Shown here: piece after piece, positions 17,652 through 25,438 of the stretch
Layout: every line of letters begins with the position of its first letter
Position numbering within the stretch: the stretch's first letter is position 1
Sequence record: ON526972.1
Length of the DNA: 32,000 bases
Direction: 5' to 3' (one strand)
Source: Microbacterium phage Juanyo
Notes under the pieces: generated by a model
The model's database searches: none
What the model was told of the DNA's origin: nothing
The model's input: the letters and a program-made list of their open reading frames with translations, nothing else
Made by a program: the position numbers and the translations under genes

Positions 17652-19539
17652 GGGGTTCACCTCCCCAGCAGCGCGAGATCGTGACGTCTGCCTTGAGGAA
17701 GAACTTTCGCGTGAGTGAGTCATCAGCCTGCTCCATTGTCTCCTTGACGATACGGCCTACGCGCCGCGCTGTACTGTATGGGGCAGTAAGGCAGACAGAG
17801 TCGTGAACCGTGGTGATAAGCTTAGCGCCTAGCTCCCGCAAGCGCAAGTCCCGACTTATTCGGCCCAAGCTGATCAGCATGAAGTCGCTGCCGAGGGACT
17901 GCACTGGGGAGTTGATGGCCTGCCGGAAGGCGTTCTCCTGAATCCAGTAATCCTCGTGATACACCTTCGGCAAGTGACGGAACCGGCCGAACTCATTGTG
18001 GACGCCCCCGTACTCGATGGCCTCCTGGCGCTGCTTCCGATACCACGGCTCCAGGGCTGCGAAGTTGGTGAAGTACTCCTCACGGAAGACCTCACTGTCC
18101 TTCGGGTTGATGGTGACGCCGTAATTCTCGTAGACGTAGTTGGCGAAGTGCTTAGCCCGCATGCCGTAGACGAAGCCGAAGTTGACACCCTTGGCCAAGC
18201 TGCGGTCTTCCTTGCGCATCTCCCGACCGCGGATCAGTCGGTGGGCCATGTAGGTATGGATGTCCTCATCGGCCTCGAACAGTGCGATCATGGTCGGCTC
18301 GTTGGCCAGCCGCGCGATGACGCGAAGCTCCAGCTGACTAAAGTCCGCCTCGATCCAGGCCAGCCCGCGCTCGCCGAACAGGGTACGTGTGGCCCGGTCC
18401 CGCGGAATCTGCTGGCTGTTCAGTCCAGGGTTCTTCCAGGGATCGGTCGCATCGGCCTTCTTCTCGACCTTGGTGGGGCTGGCACTGCTCAGTCGGCCGG
18501 TAACCGTGCCGGTCAGCTTGAAGCTGGTGGGGATCCTGCCGTCCCGTGTGCGCTCCATGATGGGGTTCAGGAATCCAGTCAGGTTCTTGTACAGCGTCGC
18601 GCGCTGAGTGAGGAGCCGTGCTGCGGGGTGGTCGATCTTGGCCAGGTTCTCCGCTGCGAGGCTGGGGTTGCCGTCGGGCCAGGTCTTGGTCGGCTTGCCA
18701 CGGGCAGGGCACATAGCGCCCTGATACTCGAAGAGCCACCACTTAGTCCAGTTGGTGTTACCCCACTTGGGCTTCGTCTTCTGCAGCCAGTCAGGCCAGC
18801 GCTCCTTCGGCGGGATGCTGGCATCCAGCTTCTGCTCGATATCTGCGATCTGCTGCTCCACCTTGGCCTGAGTCTTCTTGACCAGCCCCAGGCGAACGGG
18901 CAGCTTGTTGTCTTCCATCTCAGTGAGCGGCTGGATGGCCGGGATCATGATGTCCCGCATGACACGCACCGGGTCAGCCCCGGAACCCGGCTTGATCTTC
19001 TTGATGGCCCTACGCTGCCACTTCACCAGCTCACGAGTGTAGTGGACGTCCTTGCCGTTGTAGATGCTGACGCGCTTCCTGCTGGCAGCGATCACCTTCT
19101 TGGGGATGCTGGGGTCGTCCTCGAATCGGCCGAACTCGTCTGCGTAGCCCGCCACGTTGTCGTCAGCCCAGTCGGGGTAGCCCAGCAGGCGCACGACCAG
19201 GTCCTTGAGACCGACAGGGTGGTTCTCGTCAAGCTGGTGGGCCATGAACATGGAGTCCCACCAGATGTTCAGCTTCATGCCGTAGCTACACAGCCAACGT
19301 CTCTCGAACGGCGAGTTGTGCGCGATCATGCGCCGGATGCGAATCTTCCGCAACTCCCGGAGGTCGCGAGGCCACCACACCAGCACGTCGTCCCGGTCCA
19401 TGTGGCCGAAGCCCACACACAGGACGCGGCCCTTGCCCACGGTCAGTGACGTGGTCTCGATGTCTACGACGACAGGTGCGCCGGACTGTGCCAGGAACGC
19501 CTGAACTTCAGCGAGGTCGTCACTGATGATGAGCTGCAT
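17638..19539 (-). CDS. Family A DNA polymerase with N-terminal 3'-5' exonuclease domain
   Basis: 633 aa. Exo motif VVVDIETTSL, motif A EADFSQLELRVIARLA, motif B KEDRSLAKGVNFGFVYGM, motif C ITTVHDSVCL; SD AGGAG upstream. Confidence 0.95.
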   Translation of the reverse strand: MQLIISDDLAEVQAFLAQSGAPVVVDIETTSLTVGKGRVLCVGFGHMDRDDVLVWWPRDLRELRKIRIRRMIAHNSPFERRWLCSYGMKLNIWWDSMFMAHQLDENHPVGLKDLVVRLLGYPDWADDNVAGYADEFGRFEDDPSIPKKVIAASRKRVSIYNGKDVHYTRELVKWQRRAIKKIKPGSGADPVRVMRDIMIPAIQPLTEMEDNKLPVRLGLVKKTQAKVEQQIADIEQKLDASIPPKERWPDWLQKTKPKWGNTNWTKWWLFEYQGAMCPARGKPTKTWPDGNPSLAAENLAKIDHPAARLLTQRATLYKNLTGFLNPIMERTRDGRIPTSFKLTGTVTGRLSSASPTKVEKKADATDPWKNPGLNSQQIPRDRATRTLFGERGLAWIEADFSQLELRVIARLANEPTMIALFEADEDIHTYMAHRLIRGREMRKEDRSLAKGVNFGFVYGMRAKHFANYVYENYGVTINPKDSEVFREEYFTNFAALEPWYRKQRQEAIEYGGVHNEFGRFRHLPKVYHEDYWIQENAFRQAINSPVQSLGSDFMLISLGRISRDLRLRELGAKLITTVHDSVCLTAPYSTARRVGRIVKETMEQADDSLTRKFFLKADVTISRCWGGEPLAEF

Positions 19540-19617
19540 GTGGACTCCTAAGTTGAGGAGTCGTTCAACGGAGACTAATCCGCCTGGTGGAAGCCGTTAC
19601 CTTCACTACCCAAGAAG

Positions 19618-19689
19618 TGGACTGCCTGGGACTTGAACCCAGAACCTCGGCCGTGACGCCTATGCGATTGCCTGTCTGCATCGCAGTCC
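19618..19689 (-). tRNA. Degenerate tRNA-like element (possible tRNA remnant; loop would read CAC if functional)
   Basis: Minus strand GGACTGC-GA-TGC-AGACAGGCAATC-GCA-TAGGC-GTCACG-GCCGA-GGTT-CTGGG-TTCAAGT-CCCAG-GCAGTCC-A. 7/7 acceptor pairs and a perfect 5-bp T-stem with TTCAAGT loop, but a defective anticodon arm (6-nt loop, A.G mismatch) and G at position 8. Confidence 0.42.
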
Positions 19690-19695
19690 ATGGGG

Positions 19696-19728
19696 GACCC
19701 CCGGTGCCGAGGGGAAGCACCGGGGGTC
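19696..19728 (-). terminator. Hairpin terminator-like structure downstream of the histone-like gene
   Basis: gacccccggtgc (19696-19707) and gcaccgggggtc (19717-19728): 12-bp perfect stem, 9-nt loop, located just after the - strand stop at 19736. Confidence 0.65.
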
Positions 19729-19735
19729 GTTGGGG

Positions 19736-20134
19736 TCAGCGCGTGGGGCGCTTGCGGGCTGCGGGCTTGGCAGCGGCCTTCGCCGGGGCTGCCTTGGCCG
19801 GAGCCTTCTTGGCTGCGGTCTTCGCCGGAGCCTTGGCGGGCTTGGCCGGGGCGTCCTCCTTGGGCGCGCGCTCCAGCTCCCAGCCGGACGGCAGCTCGTC
19901 GGCGTTGGCGATGGCCTCGTCGACCAGCTCGTCGAAGGTGCCCTCGTTGATGGCGTTGACGAACGCCTGGTAGGCGATCGCTCGCATCACCTTGTAGCGG
20001 GCGTGCTGGACCTCGAGGCCCGCGCCCTCCAGGAAGCGGCTGATGCCCTCGTTGATGATCTGCTTCGGGGTCTGCTCGACCTCGGTCTCCTCGACGGTCT
20101 CGTCCAGGACGGCTGCCTGCGTCTTGCGTGCCAT
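19736..20134 (-). CDS. Small DNA-associated-like protein with histone H1-like Ala/Lys/Pro tail
   Basis: 132 aa MARKTQAAVLDETVEETEVEQTPKQIINEGISRFLEG...; C-terminus KPAKAPAKTAAKKAPAKAAPAKAAAKPAARKRPTR. Confidence 0.7.
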   Translation of the reverse strand: MARKTQAAVLDETVEETEVEQTPKQIINEGISRFLEGAGLEVQHARYKVMRAIAYQAFVNAINEGTFDELVDEAIANADELPSGWELERAPKEDAPAKPAKAPAKTAAKKAPAKAAPAKAAAKPAARKRPTR

Positions 20135-20198
20135 GATCTTGCTCTCCTTGATGTGATACTGCGGTGGATTGTGGGGGCTTGTTGCCCTGACAGATACC

Positions 20199-20227
20199 AG
20201 TATGCACGACCTCGCGTGAGAATGCAA
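20199..20227 (-). promoter_or_regulatory. Promoter-like: TTGCAT-N17-CATACT
   Basis: Minus strand TTGCAT TCTCACGCGAGGTCGTG CATACT upstream of the gene starting at 20134. Confidence 0.55.
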
Positions 20228-20230
20228 CTC

Positions 20231-21604
20231 CTAGCGCAAACTTTTTCTGCGGATTCGCTGGACCACCTTCTGGAGATGATTATGGTCCTCCTGCAGGGTG
20301 GTCCACACGTCCTCGTCCACGGTGCCCCGGCCACACAAGAACCACACGGTCGGGCTGGCCGGGGACAGCTTGATGCGGTCGCTGGCCTGCTTGAACGTGA
20401 CGTAGTTGAAATCGCTGGTGTACCAGATGAGGTCCTGAGCCACCGAGATGTCCACGGCCATCGCCACGGTCCGGGGCTGCACCAGCAGCACACGCGCATC
20501 CGGGTCCGACTGGAAGCGCTCGATCACCCGGTTCTTGTCTGGTGTGGCCCCAGTGATCATCTCGTATCCGATACTCTTGATGCGCAAGTACCGGCGCACC
20601 AGCTTGACTTCCCAGAGGTGCGTACAGGCGATGATGGTCTTGCCCTTGCAGCGGCGGAGTACCTTGCCCAGCGCTGCCAGCCGTGCCCGCGCTGCTGCTG
20701 GCACCGTGAACGACTCTCCCTCGTCGTCCTTGAACCATCCCCCGACCAGCGTGCGCATCCGAAGCAGACGGGTCAGCGGGTTCAGCCCGACCACAGACCT
20801 GCCCCCGACGTAGACCACGCCCTTCTTGAGCATGTCCTTGTGCAGCTTGAGCACGTCGGCCGGGACAGGGTAGCGCACGCGGCGCACGGGCACCGGAGCG
20901 CCAGGGCCGACCATAGTGACGACGTTCGGCTGGATGTAGGCGTTCAGCTCGGCCTGTCGGCGCGGTCGCACCAGCTCAGGGAAGCCCTTGACCGTAGTCC
21001 ACTCACCGAAGTACTCACGGAAGTCCCGGGCTGTCTCCCAGTGGTCACGGATGTCCGGGTCAAGGAACGTCCACTGGCCGTAGACGGCGTCGATCTGGCT
21101 GGGGTTGGTGACCGGCGTGCCCGTCATGAGAAGCCGGTACATCCACTTATGCGCCAGCGGCCGGATGTTCCTGCCGATGACGCTGTTCGGGGTCTTGATG
21201 ATGTGGCTCTCGTCCAGAAGCATCATGCCTCGGTTGCTGCACAGCTTGGCCATGCTGTCAAGGAACGGCCTCAGCCGCTTCCACGGTGCCTTGGCGAACT
21301 GCTCGTAGTTCACGAACAGAAGAGTGGTTCCCTTGAACATGGCCTGGCTGGGGTACTCGTTGCCAGCCGTTAGGGGGAAGAACCTGTAGGTGATGCCCAG
21401 CCACTTAGCGGCCTCGGTGCGCCAGGTGGCCTCAGCGATCTTGGGACCGACAATGACGGCGACCTTGGGCTTGTGGTGCTCGATCCACTTGAGGGCCACG
21501 GCAGTCTTCCCAGAACGTGGCTCTGCCCAGAGCGCGGCGAAGGTACGCCCCGGCTCCGTGAGGACCTCCAGGGCGACCTTCTGACTGTCGCGTAGCTGCA
21601 TCAC
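20231..21604 (-). CDS. SNF2/DEAD-like superfamily 2 helicase
   Basis: 457 aa. Walker A-like AEPRSGKTAVALKWIE, DESH box LLDESHIIK, MTGTPVTN and VLLVQPRTVAMAVDIS. GTG at 21604 or ATG at 21601. Confidence 0.85.
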   Translation of the reverse strand: MMQLRDSQKVALEVLTEPGRTFAALWAEPRSGKTAVALKWIEHHKPKVAVIVGPKIAEATWRTEAAKWLGITYRFFPLTAGNEYPSQAMFKGTTLLFVNYEQFAKAPWKRLRPFLDSMAKLCSNRGMMLLDESHIIKTPNSVIGRNIRPLAHKWMYRLLMTGTPVTNPSQIDAVYGQWTFLDPDIRDHWETARDFREYFGEWTTVKGFPELVRPRRQAELNAYIQPNVVTMVGPGAPVPVRRVRYPVPADVLKLHKDMLKKGVVYVGGRSVVGLNPLTRLLRMRTLVGGWFKDDEGESFTVPAAARARLAALGKVLRRCKGKTIIACTHLWEVKLVRRYLRIKSIGYEMITGATPDKNRVIERFQSDPDARVLLVQPRTVAMAVDISVAQDLIWYTSDFNYVTFKQASDRIKLSPASPTVWFLCGRGTVDEDVWTTLQEDHNHLQKVVQRIRRKSLR

Positions 21605-21765
21605 GCGCGCCCCGTGATGTGCCAGATGTACACCGTGCGGATGTCCACGTTGTAGAGGCGAGCCAGCGCTGCCATGTAGTTACGGTTGATCTGGATGAGC
21701 TGGTTCTCCAGCGACATCCTCAGCATCGGGCTGACCGTGGCCAGCACCTTGTCCGGGTCCATCAT
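21601..21765 (-). CDS. Very small helix-turn-helix-like protein (54 aa), below the cutoff of the supplied track
   Basis: MMDPDKVLATVSPMLRMSLENQLIQINRNYMAALARLYNVDIRTVYIWHITGRA*; AAGGAGG SD; ATGA overlap with the upstream gene. Confidence 0.65.
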   Translation of the reverse strand: MMDPDKVLATVSPMLRMSLENQLIQINRNYMAALARLYNVDIRTVYIWHITGRA

Positions 21766-22040
21766 GCCTCCTTGAGCCGCGCCACCACGCGGAATCTTAC
21801 TTGCAGGGCCGGGAGGTCCTCGCTGCGCTCCCAGTCGAACTCCCAGCGATAGCCCTCAGGGGGTTCGGGGAGCAGCCGCATCAGTCGTTCTTGCTCAGCG
21901 TTCATCTTCTCGACCAGCCGGTAGACCGCCTCGCTGGTGTGGCCCACCTGGGCAGACAGGTCTTCCTCGTTGACCGTCAGGGTCTCCGACGTCTTGCTGA
22001 ACGGGTACTGCACGAACGGAATGCGCTGCTCCCCGAACAT
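21762..22040 (-). CDS. Hypothetical protein (92 aa)
   Basis: MFGEQRIPFVQYPFSKTSETLTVNEEDLSAQVGHTSEAVYRLVEKMNAEQERLM...; translationally coupled to neighbours. Confidence 0.65.
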   Translation of the reverse strand: MFGEQRIPFVQYPFSKTSETLTVNEEDLSAQVGHTSEAVYRLVEKMNAEQERLMRLLPEPPEGYRWEFDWERSEDLPALQVRFRVVARLKEA

Positions 22041-22042
22041 GG

Positions 22043-22474
22043 TTACACCTTGGCCAGATCCTGGTCGGCCACACCATGCGCCAGCAGCGCGGCGAGGTTC
22101 GGCTTGAAGTAGTTCGGCCCCTTCTTCACCCGGCCCTCGAATATGCCGTCGGGATCGTTCGGGCCAGCGATGATGGGCTTGCCGTCCTCGCCGAACTTGC
22201 TCATGTTGCTGCGGTGGACCTCATCGAAGAGCACTTCGGCGTCGATGCCCATGACCACCAGCCCGCCGAACGCCACGTACAGGATGTCGATCAGGGCGTC
22301 CGCCTGCTCCACCATGTCGTCGTTCTGCAGCGCCACCAGGAACTCCTCCAGCTCCTCCCGGATGAGCTCGTGGCGGACCGCGCGCTGGCCCTCCGGCACG
22401 GCGCGGGCCTTGTGCCCCACGGGCAGCCCCATCGCGCGCTGGAACTCCAGGACCTGTGCCTGCATCTTGTTCAT
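22043..22474 (-). CDS. MazG-like / phosphoribosyl-ATP pyrophosphohydrolase-like nucleotide pyrophosphohydrolase
   Basis: VRHELIREELEEFLVALQNDDMVEQADALIDILYVAFGGLVVMGIDAEVLFDEVHRSNMSKFGEDGKPI: all-alpha NTP-PPase EExxE...ExxD pattern. Confidence 0.75.
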   Translation of the reverse strand: MNKMQAQVLEFQRAMGLPVGHKARAVPEGQRAVRHELIREELEEFLVALQNDDMVEQADALIDILYVAFGGLVVMGIDAEVLFDEVHRSNMSKFGEDGKPIIAGPNDPDGIFEGRVKKGPNYFKPNLAALLAHGVADQDLAKV

Positions 22475-23067
22475 CGGTTCTTCTTCCTATCTGCGCGAAC
22501 TACGCGCCGTTCCTTTTCGAACACTTCGGTCAGGTGGTCAACCTCTTCCCAGTTGACCAGGGTAACGTCCTCGGCGTCTTCCACCGAGAACGGGTTGAGC
22601 ACGATCTGGATTGCCTCCGCGAATCCGCGTGCCTCGTTGGTGAGCGCCTCCTTGTCCTTGGGGCTGCGACTCTTCTCGGCCGTCTCCACCAACTCGTCAT
22701 AGCTGTTCATGAGCTTGCGCACCAGGTGCGCGCCCACGGTGTCGCCAGCCTTCAGGACAGAGTTGAAGCGCACACGCTTGTCGGGGATGTGCTTGAACGC
22801 GCTGGTGGTCAGGAACCGGGCGATCTCCTCGCTGGTCTCCTGGCCCGCGTCCAGCGCGGCCTCGATGCCATCCGCGATGACGTCCACCGTGGTGACCTTG
22901 CCCATCCGGATCTTCTCACGGTCATCGATCACGGCGAACAGGATTCCGCGACCGCTGAATGCCTTGGCCTCCTTGTGGCAGTCGCAGTCACAGTGCCGAC
23001 CGCTGCACATGGCGTGCGACCCCGGCGACTCGAACGTGCAGAAGCCAGACTTCTTCATGCCAGGCAT
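22471..23067 (-). CDS. Hypothetical protein (about 198 aa)
   Basis: MPGMKKSGFCTFESPGSHAMCSGRHCDCDCHKEAKAF...; SD AAGGAGG before ATG 23067. An in-frame ATG at 23250 also exists. Confidence 0.65.
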   Translation of the reverse strand: MPGMKKSGFCTFESPGSHAMCSGRHCDCDCHKEAKAFSGRGILFAVIDDREKIRMGKVTTVDVIADGIEAALDAGQETSEEIARFLTTSAFKHIPDKRVRFNSVLKAGDTVGAHLVRKLMNSYDELVETAEKSRSPKDKEALTNEARGFAEAIQIVLNPFSVEDAEDVTLVNWEEVDHLTEVFEKERRVVRADRKKNR

Positions 23068-23179
23068 GGGAGCCTCCTTCGTAGTTTGCAGGATGAGGCC
23101 TTCGTTCCGGTAGCGGGCCAGCTCTCGCTCAGCCTCTTGCCGTGTGGCCTTGGGGTACGGTCGCTTGGACCGCTGGAGG

Positions 23180-23219
23180 AGCACCCCCACTTTGAACAGG
23201 TGATCAGAGTGGGGGTGCT
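23180..23219 (-). terminator. Hairpin downstream of the nucleotide kinase gene
   Basis: agcacccccact (23180-23191) and agtgggggtgct (23208-23219): 12-bp perfect stem just past the - strand stop at 23228. Confidence 0.55.
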
Positions 23220-23227
23220 GGCTGGCC

Positions 23228-23806
23228 TTAGCCGATGTGCTGGTCGGCATACCGGAGCAGGTCCAGAAGCGACTCGTCGTCGTGGACGAGCTTCTCGTAC
23301 TGCGTGCCCCACGGGAAGCCCGGTGCGGCGAAGGCGACAAGGCGCTGGTCGAACTTGCCCGACTCCTGATCGTGACTGACCTCCACGACCGAGATGGTCT
23401 TGAACAGGTTCCAGTCCTGCTCGTGGTTGATCTGAGCCAGCATGCCGCTGATGTAGAAGTAGGCCGCGTTGGTGCGGACCAGCTCCCCCATGTTGTACAG
23501 CTCATCCGTGATGAGGCTGGCCTCACCGTGGACCTTGAACACCAAGTGAGTGTCCGGCATGGCGAAGACCGTGCGGATGCGGTCATCGTTCCACTCTCGG
23601 GTCGGCATGGACAGCCGGTAGGCCATGTGCGTCAGCCAGTCGATGCGGTCGTAGGTGATGGGGACCTCGGGCGCTGCCAGATGGTCCTTCTGCATCAGGG
23701 CGTGGACGTCCTTGCGGGCGTTGTAGATGGCCTCGCCGTTGCCCGCGAGCTTGGCTGCGCTGGTGGACTTGCCGGTCTTGTCCGGACCCTCGAATGCGAT
23801 GAACAT
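23228..23806 (-). CDS. P-loop nucleotide/thymidylate kinase-like protein
   Basis: 192 aa MFIAFEGPDKTGKSTSAAKLAG...; dTMP-kinase-like Walker A; SD AAGGAG. Confidence 0.75.
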   Translation of the reverse strand: MFIAFEGPDKTGKSTSAAKLAGNGEAIYNARKDVHALMQKDHLAAPEVPITYDRIDWLTHMAYRLSMPTREWNDDRIRTVFAMPDTHLVFKVHGEASLITDELYNMGELVRTNAAYFYISGMLAQINHEQDWNLFKTISVVEVSHDQESGKFDQRLVAFAAPGFPWGTQYEKLVHDDESLLDLLRYADQHIG

Positions 23807-23826
23807 ACTTGCTCTCCTTGATGTTG

Positions 23827-24759
23827 TTACTGCGTGATGGTGCAGGGGATGTCCTGCAGGGGCACACGGTCCATGATAGCACTGAACTCGTGAGTGTAGC
23901 TGACCTGACCGGTGAGCTTGCGGAACTTGCGCCAGTCGACGTCGCCGTACATGTACGACCCGTCCTCATACGCCTTGTTCACCCTCAGGTAGTCGGCGAT
24001 GTCCCAGCGCTGGAGGTCGGTGAACTCCTGCTCGTGGATCGCCTTGTTCTCGTCCTCGTCACGGCTGCGCAACGTGCTAGGCAGGTTGACATCCGTCTCG
24101 CTGATGAAGTCGTAGACCAGGTTGCAGATGGTGAACACCTGCCAGTCGTACTGAAGGTACATGGCCGTATTGCCGATGTCCTCCCCGTGGAACCGGAACT
24201 CCGGCGGGCACCAGAGATCGTTCTCCACCAGGCGCTCCACGTTCAGGATCTTAGTACGGCGCGGGGTCTTGCCACACTGCACCTGGAGGGTGAGGCTGCT
24301 GGCCCAGCGCTGGTTCTGGATGCTGCCTGCCACGGTGCCAGGATACAGCTCGAAGACCTGCCGTGCGAGATGGCTAGCCTCCTCCCAGTAGCCAGGTCCG
24401 TCGAACCAGGGGTCGTCGTTGCCCGTGGCCTTCCAGGACTGGTGCCTGGTGCCATCGGGCAGCTTCCGACCGATCCTGGCCACATCATCGTCCCAGTCGA
24501 ACACCTGGTCGAATCCCTCGCGTGTGGCCCAGCGCATCATCCAGTTGCGCGTGTCGCCCAGCGTGCCGACCTTGGCGTCGGGCATGATGACCATGTGCCC
24601 ACGGTCTGCCCCGGCGTCCCTGTAGTCGCGCGCCTGGCTCTTGCGGACGAACACCCACCACGGGTAGTCGTCCCCCATCAGCTGCGTCGCCAGCTTGACC
24701 AGGGGTGCCCCCGGCCGATTGTAGCTGGGGATCAGCAATGGCAATCTCTCGTCAGTCAT
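23827..24759 (-). CDS. GT-A type glycosyltransferase, candidate DNA-base glycosyltransferase (TET-associated glycosyltransferase-like)
   Basis: 310 aa MTDERLPLLIPSYNRPGAPLVKLATQLMG...GHMVIMPDAKVGTLGDTRNWMMRWA..FDQVFDWDDDVARIG..; N-terminal nucleotide-sugar strand and DxD-like motif. Confidence 0.65.
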   Translation of the reverse strand: MTDERLPLLIPSYNRPGAPLVKLATQLMGDDYPWWVFVRKSQARDYRDAGADRGHMVIMPDAKVGTLGDTRNWMMRWATREGFDQVFDWDDDVARIGRKLPDGTRHQSWKATGNDDPWFDGPGYWEEASHLARQVFELYPGTVAGSIQNQRWASSLTLQVQCGKTPRRTKILNVERLVENDLWCPPEFRFHGEDIGNTAMYLQYDWQVFTICNLVYDFISETDVNLPSTLRSRDEDENKAIHEQEFTDLQRWDIADYLRVNKAYEDGSYMYGDVDWRKFRKLTGQVSYTHEFSAIMDRVPLQDIPCTITQ

Positions 24760-24976
24760 GGTTCTTCCAACCATCCCATTCAAACTCGGTGCGGGAACGG
24801 CCGACCCGAGAGTACATGCCGTCCCTGCTGCGGACAAGGTCCATCGGGTTCCCCGTCTCGCCGTAGGCGAAGCTGGGTGGCAGCATCTCCCGGATGTGGA
24901 AGTGGTCGATGCCGTCTTCCAGGGCGATGGACTTGCCGTGCATGGGGCCTCCGAAGAGGCTGATCTGCTGAACCAC
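24752..24976 (-). CDS. Small hypothetical protein (74 aa, GTG start)
   Basis: MVQQISLFGGPMHGKSIALEDG...; SD AAGGAG before GTG 24976; overlaps the start of the glycosyltransferase. Confidence 0.6.
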   Translation of the reverse strand: MVQQISLFGGPMHGKSIALEDGIDHFHIREMLPPSFAYGETGNPMDLVRSRDGMYSRVGRSRTEFEWDGWKNHD

Positions 24977-24995
24977 AGGTGGACTCCTTGGTTGC

Positions 24996-25274
24996 TTACT
25001 TCTTGCGAGTGTGGAAGCCCCGAGACCACTCGGTCCCAGCCTTGAAGGCTTCCACTCGGTTGACCGGAATCTGATCGGCCGCCGACATGCTCAGGATGAT
25101 GGCGCTGCGCTCCCGCTCGAACTGCTCCCTGCTGGCGTCACGCTTGGGCACCAGCTTCTGGACCAGCCTGGACACCCAGTACAGCACGGCCAGGGCCATG
25201 ATGGCAGCGCCCATGCCCACCAGGATCACGAAGAGCCAGGACAGGATGTTCAGCATGGCCTCCCACGGGTTCAT
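24996..25274 (-). CDS. Small membrane protein
   Basis: 92 aa, TM NILSWLFVILVGMGAAIMALAVLYWV; ATGA coupling with the next upstream gene. Confidence 0.65.
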   Translation of the reverse strand: MNPWEAMLNILSWLFVILVGMGAAIMALAVLYWVSRLVQKLVPKRDASREQFERERSAIILSMSAADQIPVNRVEAFKAGTEWSRGFHTRKK

Positions 25275-25438
25275 CGCGCGCCTCCCTTGGACTCCTCGGG
25301 GAACCAGCGCTTGATCTTGGCCCGGCGGATGGCGTCCATGGCCGGAGGGATCATGACGAGCACGGCGAGGGCCATACCCAGCACCATGACGACGAGACCG
25401 AAGCAGATGCCGATGACACCCAGCATTCCCCAGGTCAT
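25271..25438 (-). CDS. Very small membrane protein (55 aa), below the cutoff of the supplied track
   Basis: MTWGMLGVIGICFGLVVMVLGMALAVLVMIPPAMDAIRRAKIKRWFPEESKGGAR*; ATGA overlaps on both ends. Confidence 0.7.
   Translation of the reverse strand: MTWGMLGVIGICFGLVVMVLGMALAVLVMIPPAMDAIRRAKIKRWFPEESKGGAR

Noticed and set aside
19618-19728. Phage attachment site (attP) interpretation of the tRNA-like element
   Set aside because: No integrase, excisionase or immunity repressor is recognisable in this window. Retained only as an alternative in the tRNA-like finding.
19730-21373. 547-aa + strand ORF opposite the SF2 helicase and histone-like gene
   Set aside because: Antisense shadow. The minus strand has helicase motifs (Walker A, DESH) and coupled starts.
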